Source of the DNA: Geosiphon pyriformis uo1
Lineage: Eukaryota > Fungi > Glomeromycota
DNA: 64,000 bases
Reading direction: 5' to 3'
NCBI GenBank assembly: GCA_016748015.1
Contig: JAAOMT010000295.1
Location: 1,302,001-1,366,000, forward strand
Shown here: piece by piece, positions 26,119 through 39,744 of the stretch
Layout: the number at the start of each line of letters is the position of its first letter
Numbering within the stretch: position 1 is the first letter of the stretch
The notes under the pieces: model-generated
Told to the model about the DNA's origin: nothing
Seen by the model: only the letters and a program-made list of their open reading frames with translations
Database searches by the model: none
Made by a program: the position numbers and the translations under genes

Positions 26119-26346
26119 CCACCATCTACCATCCCAAAAGAAAATAATAGCTCAGCTCATGAAAATTCAAAATCACGAGTTAACGGAATTTCTACCTTAA
26201 ACGAAAATATGTTCTTTGCTGGTAATCCTAATGGTTTCCTTCGCTTTAATACGATGCCAGCTGTAGTAAGAAGAAATAAACATCGAAGAAATAAGAGTGT
26301 TTTGTTGGACGCTATTTTTGAGGATCCTTCAGAAGGATCTTCCTGA
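25927..26346 (+). CDS. Hypothetical Ser-rich intrinsically disordered protein, 139 aa
   Basis: ATG-initiated single-exon ORF with coding-like GC content in an AT-rich context, a poly-Ser (TCA)n tract and a basic C-terminal motif cluster. Confidence 0.6.
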
Positions 26347-27593
26347 GTCGAGATCAAAGGTGGAAGCCTTTATGAGTGATATTGTTTACTTGTTTTTTTT
26401 TTGTTTTTTTTTTTTCGAAAACTTCAATCTGCATTTGATTTCTATATTTAGCATGGAGCTGAAAAACTTCTCATCAAAAATAAACGAACATTTTATGAAC
26501 TTTTTGGTTTGCATTAGTGAACATTTTCATCATTTTAAACATTCATATTAACTATTCTCAAAGAACAATAATCATAAAATAACCTATCCATTCAGATGAA
26601 ATTTATATTTAGCCTCTTTAACTATGTTTACGTTTATCTATGTTAAGATCTTGGTGACAATAAGCTTTCGATATAGCGGTATTTGTCAAGAATTTTCTCT
26701 AATAAACTCATATAAATTGCATCTTTTTTTATAGACAAGTATGGTCAAAAATTTCCGAACAAAAATAGCTAAAATATTTGTCACACAAAAGCTTATAGAA
26801 TTCTCGGTCACATTTGACGAATTTTATTATCAATTCATGACAATAACAGTCAATAAATAGACTTTAGTTTATAAAATGATCTATTAGAAATAGTTAATAA
26901 TGAGAATGGTTGAAATTTTTTTGGTTTCATTGCAAGAAATGGGAGGTCTGGTATCCATTTAATATAGACGAATTTTGGCTTTATATTCAATTTTTGTCTT
27001 CCCTCCCAGAAAGGAAGGAGCAAAATTTAACGAAAATTTTATTGGTAGAATTTCTTGAAGATAAATGATACCATTTCTTTTGAAATTATATCATCCCTTT
27101 GTGATTTTAAAACAGTTTTTATTGAACTTTAAATTATCAAACATGGTTACTTGTAACAAAAAATAGATGTATGGTTTTTTTCGAAAAATCCAATAAGAAA
27201 TCATTAACAAAAAATAAGAATTTTTCTTAAATCAGGGTCGAAATTATTTTTTAAAGAAATAAAAGCTACGAGTAAAATTGAATTTACAATTTTTTAAATT
27301 TAAAATAATAAAAAAGATAATAGTTGTGATATAAGTTAATTAAGACTTTAATAATTAAATATTTAGAATCTATGCTTAAAAATTCTTAATAAATTAACAC
27401 CAAGTATTTAATTCATGTAAAATATACTGAAATAAATATATTTTAATCATTTTAAAAGTTATTAATTTTAGAATTTGGGGCTCTGGATTGAAAAGTTTTT
27501 CAAAAACATAATTTTTAATTTAACATTCAGATTTTAGGATGGAAATCCAAGTTGATGTTTACTCAGCATTAAAAAAGGGTTATAATTATTATA

Positions 27594-27626
<33 letters not shown>

Positions 27627-28779
27627 TGTATATATTTTTAAATTTTCAAATCAAAACGTGAATCGAGAATCTTTTAAATAGTTAGATATCGGCGATACCA
27701 TGCAATTTTAATCATACGGCAACAAAGTTTGATTTTAATTAGGGAAATTTAAAAACAGACTTAAATTTAAAATTCGGGCAGTTTCCCATTCAAAATATTC
27801 ATCATGAAAATTTCGTCAAAAAAACAATCATGAAGTAGGCAAATTTCTATAATATCACCCTAAATTGTAAATATAACCAGCCGTTGTGAACTTTTCTTTT
27901 TTTCATTACAAGGTCTCCAACAATTACTAATATTTCTTCAAGCTGTAGGATGTTTCCCTAGTAAAGCTGGAGATTCACCATCTTTCATATTTAAAGCAAG
28001 ACTGAATATAAATAACTTTAGTACAAAAAATGCCAAACATATTTTTCATTGTCATTGTAATTTTGAATGTAAAAAAAGAAACGGCTAATTTTTAATTTAT
28101 TTGACTAAAGTTAAAAATTTGAACCCTTCCATAGCAGCATTATTTCTTTACAATATTTCGATTTTCAATCTTTGAACTCATTTTTTTTACTTAATATAAC
28201 TTGAAATATTTTGATAACCACAATTAAACTTAATGTAAAAATATGATTGAACAAAATACTTGTTGGATAAAGAGAGCCAAATTTTGTAACAGTTTCCATT
28301 TTAAGAAACAAAAACTTTGGAACAATAATTAAAAAAATGAGTCAAGACCATTTTAAAAAAATAACTATTATCAATTCGATAGTATTTAAGATAAAATTCA
28401 TACTCTCTTATATGATTCCCAAAGTTATACACAATTATTTTGTTTAAAAATAGATTAAAACTATTCAATAAATTTATATTCGAAGAGTGACTAGTAGAAT
28501 TTTTTCAATTTAAAAGCATGTATGGCCACAATAATGGAACTATTATCTTTTTTTTTGAAACCTCAATGTTTATAATTTAAAAACTTTTTAATATATATCA
28601 TAAAAATATTTGATTTAAAAAAAAAATTCCTTTAAATACATCAAGATTTTAATTAAATAAGCCAGCAATTTAGGTAACAAATAATCAAATAAAATTTCAA
28701 ACATGAAAACCAATAAATTTTTAATGCATTTTAAAAGCATTTAACATGATAAGATACAATTGCACGAATTGTTAAAGAA

Positions 28780-29046
28780 AAACATAACTTAAAAAAAACT
28801 GATAACAAACAGCTTACAAAATGAGAGAAATGACAAATTTGTTATCTCAAAACTATACTTTTTTTCATCTGATAAATAGAACCAGCCAACATGTTTTTAT
28901 CGGAGTGCCTGCCATAAAGAGACATTCGGCCATCCTAAACACTATAGCAAATGGGATGAAACTCCATATCTTGCTTGTGGAGAAACTCTGTGAATGGATC
29001 AAAATTTCAGGAATAGGAGCTACATGTGGTACAACGTGTCAATATA
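28780..29046 (+). mobile_element. Isolated Ty3/Gypsy pol fragment (Cys-rich inter-domain region)
   Basis: Reads TCFYRSACHKETFGHPKHYSKWDETPYLACGETL/CEWIKISGIGATCGTTCQY (one frameshift), collinear with the decayed TCYYYKTYY*KQFKYPK*...FCFTYREL..YN*ID....VCD*TC*Y at about 60430-60600 in element B. Confidence 0.6.
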
Positions 29047-32000
29047 ATTTAAATAAATATATATATATATAATTGTTTCTGCCAAAAAAAACATCTATTA
29101 ATTTTAAAAAATTGAAATCCTGAAAAATGCAATTATTATTTGTAATAATTTGTATATTATAACAAGTTTCAACAATCTAAATTCTATTGCTATTTTTTTA
29201 TTTCATCCCAAATTGGAAATATAGGATATAAAAAGTTCAAATAAAACTTCTGCTCGAACCTACTTAACGTAAAAGTAAAATTATTCAATAATAAGCCTCA
29301 AAATTTAGCAAAAAAAAACACTTAATCACCTTTTTAATTCTTAAATACTGTTTAAAAAAAAAGGAGACACTAATCTTGAGTATAAAAAGTAAATTTTTGC
29401 TATGAGTCATGTGGAATCATTAATTTCTTATACAAAATTAAAATTTTCAAAAAAAAAAAGGTTCCAAAAATAAATTTATGCTAAATACTTTGAAAATTAT
29501 TTTTCGTATTTTTGCCCGTATTTATTTTCATTGAAATATTGAGACTTTCAAGAACAAATATATGTAAAATATTTAAAAAAAATGAGATTTATCATATAAA
29601 AAATTTAAATTGGTAACATTAATTGAAAATATGCCTTAAAATTTGTATATTTATTTTGTGACTTATAATGTCTACACTTAATATTTTTTTCTAATACACT
29701 AGTTGGTTATTTTATGCCAACAAACTTATTTATTATAAATTTTATTTTTTTTAATTAAAAAATAAACATGAAATATTATTAATATGTTAACTAATTTTTC
29801 TAATCAACTCAACTATTTAAGATTAAAGTATAAGTTATTTTAATATATGATTCATTTTTTTAAAAAATGAAAATATATTTATAAAAATATTGTGGCTAAT
29901 TTTCAATTTACTCATAAAATAATTGATTAAAAAAGACTTTACAATTAAAACAAAAAAAATTCAAAAACCAACAATATAAGTAATAAAGAAAATTTTATAG
30001 AAAATTTATAGTATAATTACTTTTAAATTAATATAAATCATAACTAATCCCAAATCCTCGAAATTTAAATATGGTATGCAATTAAAAGGCCAGCAATTTA
30101 TTAAGTAGCTTTAAAATAATAAAATTTTCAAATTAAATTTATGTATTTTTTAATAGTCAAAGCTCAAAATAATTTTTTTTAATCAACAAAAAACAGTGAG
30201 TTTTTAATAAGCTTCATTTATATCTTAAAATTTTTCTTTATTTCAGCCACAGCAAATATAAAATAAATTTTCAATTCCAAATTCGATATTAAAAGTAAAA
30301 GTTTTAATTTTAATTTGGGGAATCAAAAATATTTCCAGGGCTAAGAAATTCGTTTAATATTGTTTCAAATCTTTTTATTTATTAAAATATCTAATAGTGA
30401 CAATAAAACTCTATTATAATTGTTGATAAAGTTCTCCTGCAATCTTTTGATTGTATGAGTCGTTTTTATTTAATACCAAAGTAGCAGTAAAAAAAATGTA
30501 TGCATATCATGTGTTTTAACAATTTAAAATGAAAAGTTAAAAAGTTTGTAATTTTTTATGTTCAAATTAGACATCTTTTAAAAGTTATTATTATTATTAT
30601 TATTATTATTTAATATCAAAGATATAAAAAAAGTTTTTATTTTTATTATTTAAAATTCTTTTTGCATAATTTTTGTAATAAATCCAATTTATAAAATATT
30701 TTTACTTTATAGGTATGTTGTCAAATCAAATAAGTATTATTTTAAAAGAATTTTTTACATGTTTTTGTCAATAATAATTAGTTCATCTGGTGTTTATACA
30801 ATTTTCATTTTAAATAATTAATTTTCATTTTTGAATTAATCTTAATTTTTAAATAAAGGTATAATCTTTTTCTTATAATTCAATAGAAGTGTTTCAATTT
30901 TAATTTTCAATTATTTGATTTAAATTATCAAACAATCTTGATTATATTCTTTCTTCTTGTTCATTTAATTATTTTACCATAAAATATTTCTTGTGAAATT
31001 TTTTTATTCATCTTCAATCCATTAATACTGTTGTAATAGTATCAAATTCAGTGTTAAATCAAAATTTTTGATAGAAATTATATGATGATAACGAATTATG
31101 TTGTGAGATTTTTTCTTTGAAATATTCACTGTCCAATAAAAATTTGAAAAATATCTAAATAAGATAAAATTCAGTTATGTAAAAAAAAAAGTAGGTTTAA
31201 TTAGAGATTCTAAATCAACTTGGGTTGAAATAAAATTTTTTGTGAGTTTTTTCATTAGTAAATGATACAAATTTGTTAGAAATTTTGATTTTGTATTCAT
31301 CAAAATAACTCTTTGAAATTTATTCTCCCTAACATCAAGTATAAAATAGTTATCCACATATTTTTGAAAGCTATTATTTGTGAAAATAATTTTTTTGAAG
31401 AGCTACGTATAAAAGCTTCAAACATTTTTCTATTATTAATTTTTAAAATAATAAAACCTATCGTGGTGGTTTTTAATCTGGCTTAAGAATAGTAAAGTTT
31501 ATTTTAAAAAAATGAATTTGAAAGATTTTTGGGCCCAATTTTAAGAGATATACTGTTAAAAGATATACAATATTACTTTTTACTTTTTTATTTAGAATTA
31601 AATTAAAATTTTTGAAAGATAATAGTTCAGGAAAAAATATTTTTATTCAATTTTGGCTTAAATTTCCAAAAAAAATTGTGATTTAATAAATTACGATAAA
31701 TTAGTTAAAATGTAAATAAAAATAAATAAATTCAAACTTTTTTGTAATGTGCCAAAAAAAATATTTTTATATAGTTTTAGAGACTTTTTCTTTGTGTTGC
31801 TTTAGTTTTGAAAATTTTGGAATTTTATACATAATATTTACCACTATGCTCTAATAAAGACATGTAATAGTTTTCAATGGAAATTTGCTTTCAATTTTAT
31901 TGACAATTATCATGTTATCAACTTATTCTGGACTAGTACAAAAAAAACTAAGGATGAAATACTTTTCTCAACTCAAATATATGATCAAGAAAATTACAAG

Positions 32001-33172
32001 GTCACGAGACTACAACAAAATGGTCAATTATATAAAAAAACTGTTTGTATGTACCAGTTTTATGTTTGTAAATTATATAATTTCAAAATAATAGATACTT
32101 GAATAATTGGAAAATAAAAGTAAAAATATATCGCAATTTATAATTTATTTTATCATTCAAAAAGCAAATATTTTAATTTGAAAACTTTTTTTAAAATTAA
32201 ATTTATTATCACAAGACATCAAACAGTCATGTTAAAAGGCTAATTTTTTTTTTAAATTTCAAAAATTTGCCTTTATTCATTTTCATAATCAAAACATTAA
32301 ATTTGAAACTAAATTAAGAGATATTTCAGAAATTATATTCAAGATATTGAACTATATATTCACCTATACTTGAATCCAAATTCTTGAAACTTAATTGACT
32401 CAATTTACAAAAAATGAAAGTGTTACTTTAAAAAAAAATTGATGATCTATTTGAAAAGTCATTGGAATCAAATTCTCTTAGTTTTCTCATCAAAAATTAC
32501 CATGCTAACTTTGTGACTAAATCATAAAAAATCAAAGAATATTTTCGAAGCAAGTTTCAAAATATAATTAAGAGATATAAAGCTTTTGGTTTTATAAAAA
32601 GAGTTTCTGATATACCGTTCATTTGAATAAATTTGTTAAAATTTTAATTTTAATTAAAGTCATTTATTAACATTTGAAGTATCATTTTACTTTTTCAAAA
32701 ATTTAAAAGTTTTCAAGGATTTAAAAGTTTTCATCCCATTTACTAAAAAATAAAATAAAATATTTTCTATTTTCAAGAAAATTTTTAGTGAAATATGATG
32801 ATAGGTAAAAATAAAATAAGGCGTGTACATTCGTTGGAACTGATATCTCGTCAATTCATTATTTCCTTGAGTTGATGCTTTAAATTCAAGTCATTAATTT
32901 ATTGGTAATTCACTCTCACATTTATTTATTTTAGTCAAAGCTTGCTCAGTAGCAAGGGAAGTCTTCATTTTTATTGAAAACTCAAAAATTATTCTCATGA
33001 ATTCAAATAATTAAACAAGTTCAAATTTCCAAAATCTTTTTTCAATGATCCATCAAATGAATAAGATGTTAAAATTAATAAAAAATTCCTAGATTGTTTA
33101 TCTTCCCATCGATCGATCATAATTTTTCTAGACTTCAGAACCGAGAAAACCTACCTTTTATCAAACGGTCAA

Positions 33173-34182
33173 TCATTTTTTAGCAATACGTTGATTCCCT
33201 ACATCCAATACATCTCCAATATATCCACATGAATATCTTAAAAAGCCATTAAATATGTCAAAATCAGTGTCATACAAGTATTGAGCTATTAAATTCCTAA
33301 ATGGTGTTTCATCCGCAAACTCTTGCCAAACTTTCAAAATCTTTTGATAAGATTCGCTACAAATTATTTTATTAGGAACAGGGAGTTCGTAAGTTTTAGT
33401 TAAGGTTGGTGGTGGATCGATGTCCGTAATTTTGATAGTGCGATTAAACTTGATTTTTCCGATGGGTTCAAGTAGTAGTAAGTCATTTTCGATGGTTAGA
33501 TTGAAGGTGATAGCGCGGACATAACGGTTTGTTTGGGCGTAGAGATCAAGCGAGCAATACCCTTTAAAAAGAAAAAATTGAGGATTTTAATCAAACATGT
33601 AATCAGGGATTAAACTATTCGAAACGAAATTATTATTATTGATAACATACCAAGACTTGAATCTTTAAAACAATAAGTTTTTCTGGTCCTCAACGCCAAA
33701 TACGCTTTGGCAAGGATTTCACCGGCATCGAAACCAATTTGAAGATCAGGGGTCATTTCATTATTTGTGTTGTTGTTGTTGTTGTTGTTGTTGTCAGTTA
33801 TATTTGCATTGTAGAAATACAGTCCAACTTTCGTAAGTTCATTATCACAATCAAATTGAATAACTCTAATTAAATCTTTAACACCACCCTCATCACATGT
33901 CTGTCCACAAAAATCATTTAATCGTGCTTCATCAAGATTCTGATTAATTATTTGTGTTCCATCGTAATCACAACTCTTGAAATTCGCAATTGTAGGTGAA
34001 ATGAATAATCTTCGTTGACAAGGGCTACATTGTGAGACATCGTAAAAATTTTCACAGGCAAATCGATCATCATAATCGAAAATAGTGTTAGAAGATACTT
34101 CTTCGTTTTGTTGACTTTTAGATTTAGATATAAAGAAAATTGACAATAATAAGAAGTGAAATAAAAGGGATTTTATGATCAT
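33173..34182 (-). CDS. Secreted cysteine-rich protein of unknown function, 2 exons, about 306 aa
   Basis: Exon 1 34182-33651 and exon 2 33561-33173 join in phase (CFKDSSLG|YCSLDL). N-terminal signal peptide; about 11 Cys; short poly-Asn insert. Confidence 0.8.
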
Positions 34183-37100
34183 TTTTTTAGTCAAAATTTA
34201 TTAAAATTTTCAAGTGATTAATTTTGAATTTTTTAAGTGAGTGAGTGAGTGAGTGAATGAGTGAGAGTGAGTGAGTTGAAATTCTCAATCTTAAATAAGA
34301 GAATTTTTTTTTTCCAAGGCTACATCAATTTTTCATTTTCAAGTAAGTTGATTGATGATAAAGTAGTTTCTCCGGTGAACTTGTTTTGTTTGGCTAGATT
34401 CGCTATGATCAATGAAACAACATCAATTAAAAAGTGACAGTCCACTAATTAAAAGATGACGAAAAGATTATTAGAGGAATTAATATTATTGGGAGAAAAA
34501 CTAACAATAGTTGTATTAGTATTATTTTTAAAAACAATTTTAATCTCTTCTAAGAGTAAATAGTAATATTTTTGTTTTGTTTTTTTTTATAAATACCTGT
34601 AAAAAGCTTTTATCCATAACCTTCGATAGAGAAAATTTTCTCGAGATTTTAACAAATGGTAGTTTGATATTTACAATTCTGAATTTTTCCGTGATAAACT
34701 GTTTATCTTGTTTGTTTATCTAATTTCTTTGAAATCACTTGTCATGAAATATCCCTTTTTTTAAAAGGAGTATTTGTTTCGATCTCTTATCACAGACCAG
34801 TTGAATTCAAAAATAAAATGTCTTCCTAACTCATAAGTTTTACAATGACTCTTTAAACCTTGAAGGGTTGAAATCATTTTCTAAAACAGTAAGCAAAGTA
34901 AAATTTTTCCTTCATTGAAAAAAATTAAGATTTTAACTTGAAAAAAAATAAAGTGGTTTTTCAAAAAATTACATAATCAATCAATTTTTATTTTATATTT
35001 AAAAATAAATCAAAAAATCAAATATTTATTAATAGAAATAAAGTATATTTAGAATTATTTTCTAATCTAAACTTTCAATATTTTAAACAAACAAACAAAT
35101 TACCACTTTAATCAAAAAAAAAAGAATTCAATAAAAAAATTATTTTTTGCTTATAATAAAACTTGACGCGATATGACATGATTTGCATATATATATTTCT
35201 TAAAAGTTTGAAAAAATATACAACACAATATAGTTTTAAAAAAGTTTAAAATAAAATTTTTTGATGAATTTATAACAAAATATAGTATATATCAAAAATA
35301 TTAAAGTAAAAATTAAACATAGATTTCAAAAAAAATCATTTACATTTTGATTGGCTAACATAAAGTTTTATAAGTAAATTTTATTATATACATATAAAAA
35401 AAGTCAGTTTAACAAAAAAATACTTTAAAAAATGACAATTTCCTTTTATACTTGAAATTTTTAAATAATTATAGATTAAACAAAAGTTTTTGTAACTTAT
35501 TATATTCACATAAACAAATTCAAAATTAAACTATTCTGAATTTATAAACTAAACACAAAAAATATTTGCCTAATTAATTCTCTTGAAATGATGGTTCATA
35601 TTAATAAAACTTTGTCAAGTTCTTTTCAAACGTGCAAATTTAAGCTTGGTATCAAGTAAATGTATAATTATCATTTGGTTGCAACTCTGTAAGCTCCTAT
35701 TTGAAAAAAATACATAGCTTGGTGTTATAAAAAAAGTTTTTTTTAATTTTCAAAAGAATTTTTTTTATCATCAAAAAAAAATTTCGAATTCTTATTATTC
35801 TTCATTCCTATGAATCTAAAAAAATATATATATATACGTAGAAAAAATATTTACTCGTATTTTGAAAAAAAGTCTGATAAAGTTTTTTGACTCTCAAAAA
35901 ATTCAAAATTCAAATAAAGTCTAAATGGAAATATTTTGTCTAAAAATCTCGTCCAGACTTCTGATACGATCATATTTTTAATTTTTAAAAATTAATTTTC
36001 ACTTATCAAAAATTGTTTCTACAGAAACCAAAAATCTATTTCTTTATTGATAAGTCATCCTTTTTTTTTCAACCATAAATTATTTCAATTCTTTATGAGA
36101 TGGATGAATATTTAATTAAAAAAATTAAATTACAACACCATCCTTTTTTTTAAGTATTATGATAAGAAAAATTAAAACCAAGAATAAAACATACAAAATA
36201 CTAATAATTAAAATAAACAGAATTCAAAAATAAATGAATTAATTAAATATAATTTATTAGTTTAAATATTTCAAAAGGAAAAATACAATATTTTTATAAA
36301 TCAAAATAATAAATTCAAAAAATTTTGAATTTTTTTTTTATTAATGTAATAATACTAATAAATTTTTACATACATGTTTATTTATTTTTAATGTCAAGGA
36401 CCTAAAACAGTCAATTATATTTAAAAAAATTTCAAAAAATAACTAAACAAATCTTATTATAAAATTGATTTTCCATATTTTAAAATATTTTTACTTTTAT
36501 ATATATCAATAAAAAATTTAAATAATATGTTAAAATATGAATAAATAAATATAAATTTAGATATTTATTGTGATTTAATTTTAAAGTTTATTGAATTGTG
36601 TAAATGAAAATTATTAAAATCAAAAACAAAAATATTACCAATTTCATTAAAATAAAGGTATAATAAAATAAATTAGATTTTGATTTATGATAAAAACGAA
36701 ATAAGGTTATTTGTCAAGTAAATAATTAATTATACATTAAAATTAAATACAAAATATTGAATTTTTTTAAAAATTTTAGTTAAACTTAAAAAAATTATTT
36801 AATTAAATAAATATTACTATTTTATGAAAATTTTTAATATTTTCATAAATAATAAATTAACTTATTAATATTTATTATAAATATATAAAAATTGGTTCAA
36901 CTTAACTTATTTAAATATATATATTAATATATACCAATAAATTTTATCCTTGATTGTTAATTTAATCCATATTTTTATAATTTAAATATTGGACTTACTA
37001 ATTAAAACTTACTTAATTGCCAAAAAAACCATTTTAAATAAAAATAAATTGGATATTTAGGTAGTTTTTTTTTTGTGTTATCTTAAATTTAATACAAATA

Positions 37101-37472
37101 AATTCACAAAACATGAAAATAATATCTTGCTAAAGCAATTCTATTATCAATATATAGACAAAATAATAAAACCTAAAATCAATACCTTAAAAATTTTTAG
37201 AGAAATAGTAAACTTTAAATTTTTAGATTAGCAAGTCTCTTATTTTCGAAATTGATCAATGCAAAAATTAAAAATATTACATTTTAAAAAAATTCTTTGT
37301 TAATTTAAAGCATCAAAAAAATAATTCACGTGATCCTTTAAAAAATTGGTTAACCTTAAATGCGAATCAATCATAATCTGATACATTAAAATAATAGAGA
37401 TTTTTGAGCATAAAATAAGCGTTCAATAAAGTTTGCTGCATATTAACCTTTTCTCTCAAATTTCTTTTAAAA

Positions 37473-38195
37473 ATGGTTTTAAAATGGGGATTCACCATTG
37501 GTAATGTGGTCAGCCTGAGTGCTTTTTTTAATAAACTAACTATTGATTGCGAGAGACACTAATTTCACCTTATCTTAAACGTCAACCATGAAAATTTATA
37601 GATGAGCAAATCAACTATAAAGGAGTGACAACTGCAAAACTTATTACTCCTCCCAAGGTTCCCGATGTTATTACGTTATCGCTTATTATTTCTGATCGAT
37701 TTATGCTTATAGGCACAAAGCCAGGTTCTAAATCTTATTTTGCTAATTTTCTTGAATTCATTCTAAATATCTTTTACTCTCATCTCAGAAATTCTAGAGT
37801 GGCTTCATTCCTACCCTGATATCATTTTGAAAGTGAGAATCTTTGATGACGATAATGTCCCACCATCAATTCATTTTCAGAATATCGTAATCGATCTTCT
37901 GGCTGATGCTCACATGCATCGTCATCTAGCCGATATTGTGAATCCACTTCACCATCCTGACGCAGCTTTCGAGAATGTTCGGCTAGAATTTAGAATTTCC
38001 AATCCGAAGACGGATGATTTACTGGAACCCCTTTTTAGATTAATCGTAACATCTGGGAGCAAATTATCCGAAATTGTGGATAGTATTGAGGAAGAATGGA
38101 ATAAATTAGTTTATCCGAGTATCTGGGATGAGGTTAAGGAAGTTGCTTCGTTGCCTTACAAAGTCTTGAGAGAGGATAACAATAACAGTGCCTAA
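37473..38195 (+). CDS. Hypothetical protein, 3 exons, about 185 aa
   Basis: Phase-consistent model 37473-37500, 37602-37724, 37789-38195 (the second donor GTTCTA is weak). The C-terminal peptide is conserved, mostly by synonymous changes, in the duplicate at 21336-21434. Confidence 0.6.
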
Positions 38196-38846
38196 GTAAG
38201 ATTGAATCGGAATTTAAAGGCTACCAATGAGTTTTACACTTAATCTCATTAATACAAAGTTTTCAAGCAAAATTGTTCTAGTAAACATAAAGTAAATACT
38301 CAGTTGGTCTGATTTAGGCCCTCTTGCCTTTTTTTAATTCCTTTTTCTAATTCATCGAGATCAGATATTAAATACTTATTATAATATTCTTTAAATCAGC
38401 CTTGAAACACTAAAAGAATCAGTCATTTTGAAAAGGACTTTAGAAAATGGAAAGGGTCTAATATATATAATCTAATATTTTTTCTTTAAATGTTTTGATA
38501 TCAAATTATAATCATTTATATTCACACTTTTAGATTTAACTACACCATTCAATTGGATATAATTATGATGTGCAAAAAAAAATTAATTCATGTGTGAAAA
38601 AATAAAATTAATTATAAATTTTTATAATTATACTTAAAAAATTTTATTATAGGTCACATTATTACAATGGGTAAAATACTGCAAAAAATATAAACGATGA
38701 AAATGATAATAGTGATAATAACAACGACATAAAGAAACTATAACTTAGCAGCTTATGTTATAATTATAGATTCATTAAAATTGGCTAATGACAATAATAA
38801 TGTGTTTAAGAAATAAAACTATAATTGAAGAGTATTCAAAAAGATT
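38091..38846 (+). repeat. Direct duplication, copy 2 (copy 1 at 21336-22029)
   Basis: See copy 1. Confidence 0.9.
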
Positions 38847-39744
38847 TATAAGATAATAATATTTGTATTATTATTATTTTTTTCTTGTAAACTTTCATTT
38901 ATATGTAAAAATTATTTTAAGTCAAAATTTTAAATCCAATTTATTAAAATTACTGCTTTAATTAGTCTAGTACATTTTATTTAAGAGTTGAAATTAAAAC
39001 AGAGTTTAAACAAAAAAAAATGGGAAATTAAAATAAATGTAAATAACTCAAAAATAAAAATTTTGCAAAAATTTTACATGCAAATTATATGATGTAAAAT
39101 TCAGAATTTTTAAATAAAATAAAATAACACTTTTAAAATATAGAAATTATTTTAAAAGTCAAATAAATAATGTGACTTACTCAAATTACAAAAAAAATTA
39201 TCATTAAATTGTAATAATATTTTTCAAATCCTATATTTTTAATATACAATAATTGTTAAGTTATATTTGAAAGCAAAACTAGAGTATTTAAATTAAAAAT
39301 ACCAACCAAGTTGAAGAAATAAAACAACAACAACACTAAAGACAGTTTTTAAAAAAGATAATAAAACTAATTAAAGACTTGAAACCGCAAATCTGTGTCA
39401 TGAATTATTTTTATTAAACTAAACTCAATATGTCAAATTGGTCAACTTTCTTATTCCTTTAATATCATCAATAAGTAGAAAAACGAGTAACTGAATAATC
39501 GTCAATTTAGGGCCTTTGATTTTATTAAGATATATCGGTAATTACAAATATATGTAAACAAAAATTGATGATTTTTCCGGATACTAGTTCTTCTATTTAT
39601 TGATAATATTAAAGAATAAAAAATTTTCCTCTGGCTTATTAAGGTAATCCGTAAATAATATTACATATATTTTCCACAGTCTTTGTATCCTCTTTCACTT
39701 ATTTAAAAAATAAATATAAAAATAAATTTTCATATTATCTTTAA

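Noticed and set aside
27820-28055. Minus-strand relic resembling a small secreted peptide gene (signal-like ICLAFFVLKLFIFSLA...CWRPC)
   Set aside because: Needs a frameshift at the start and contains a TGA; too short to tell from chance.
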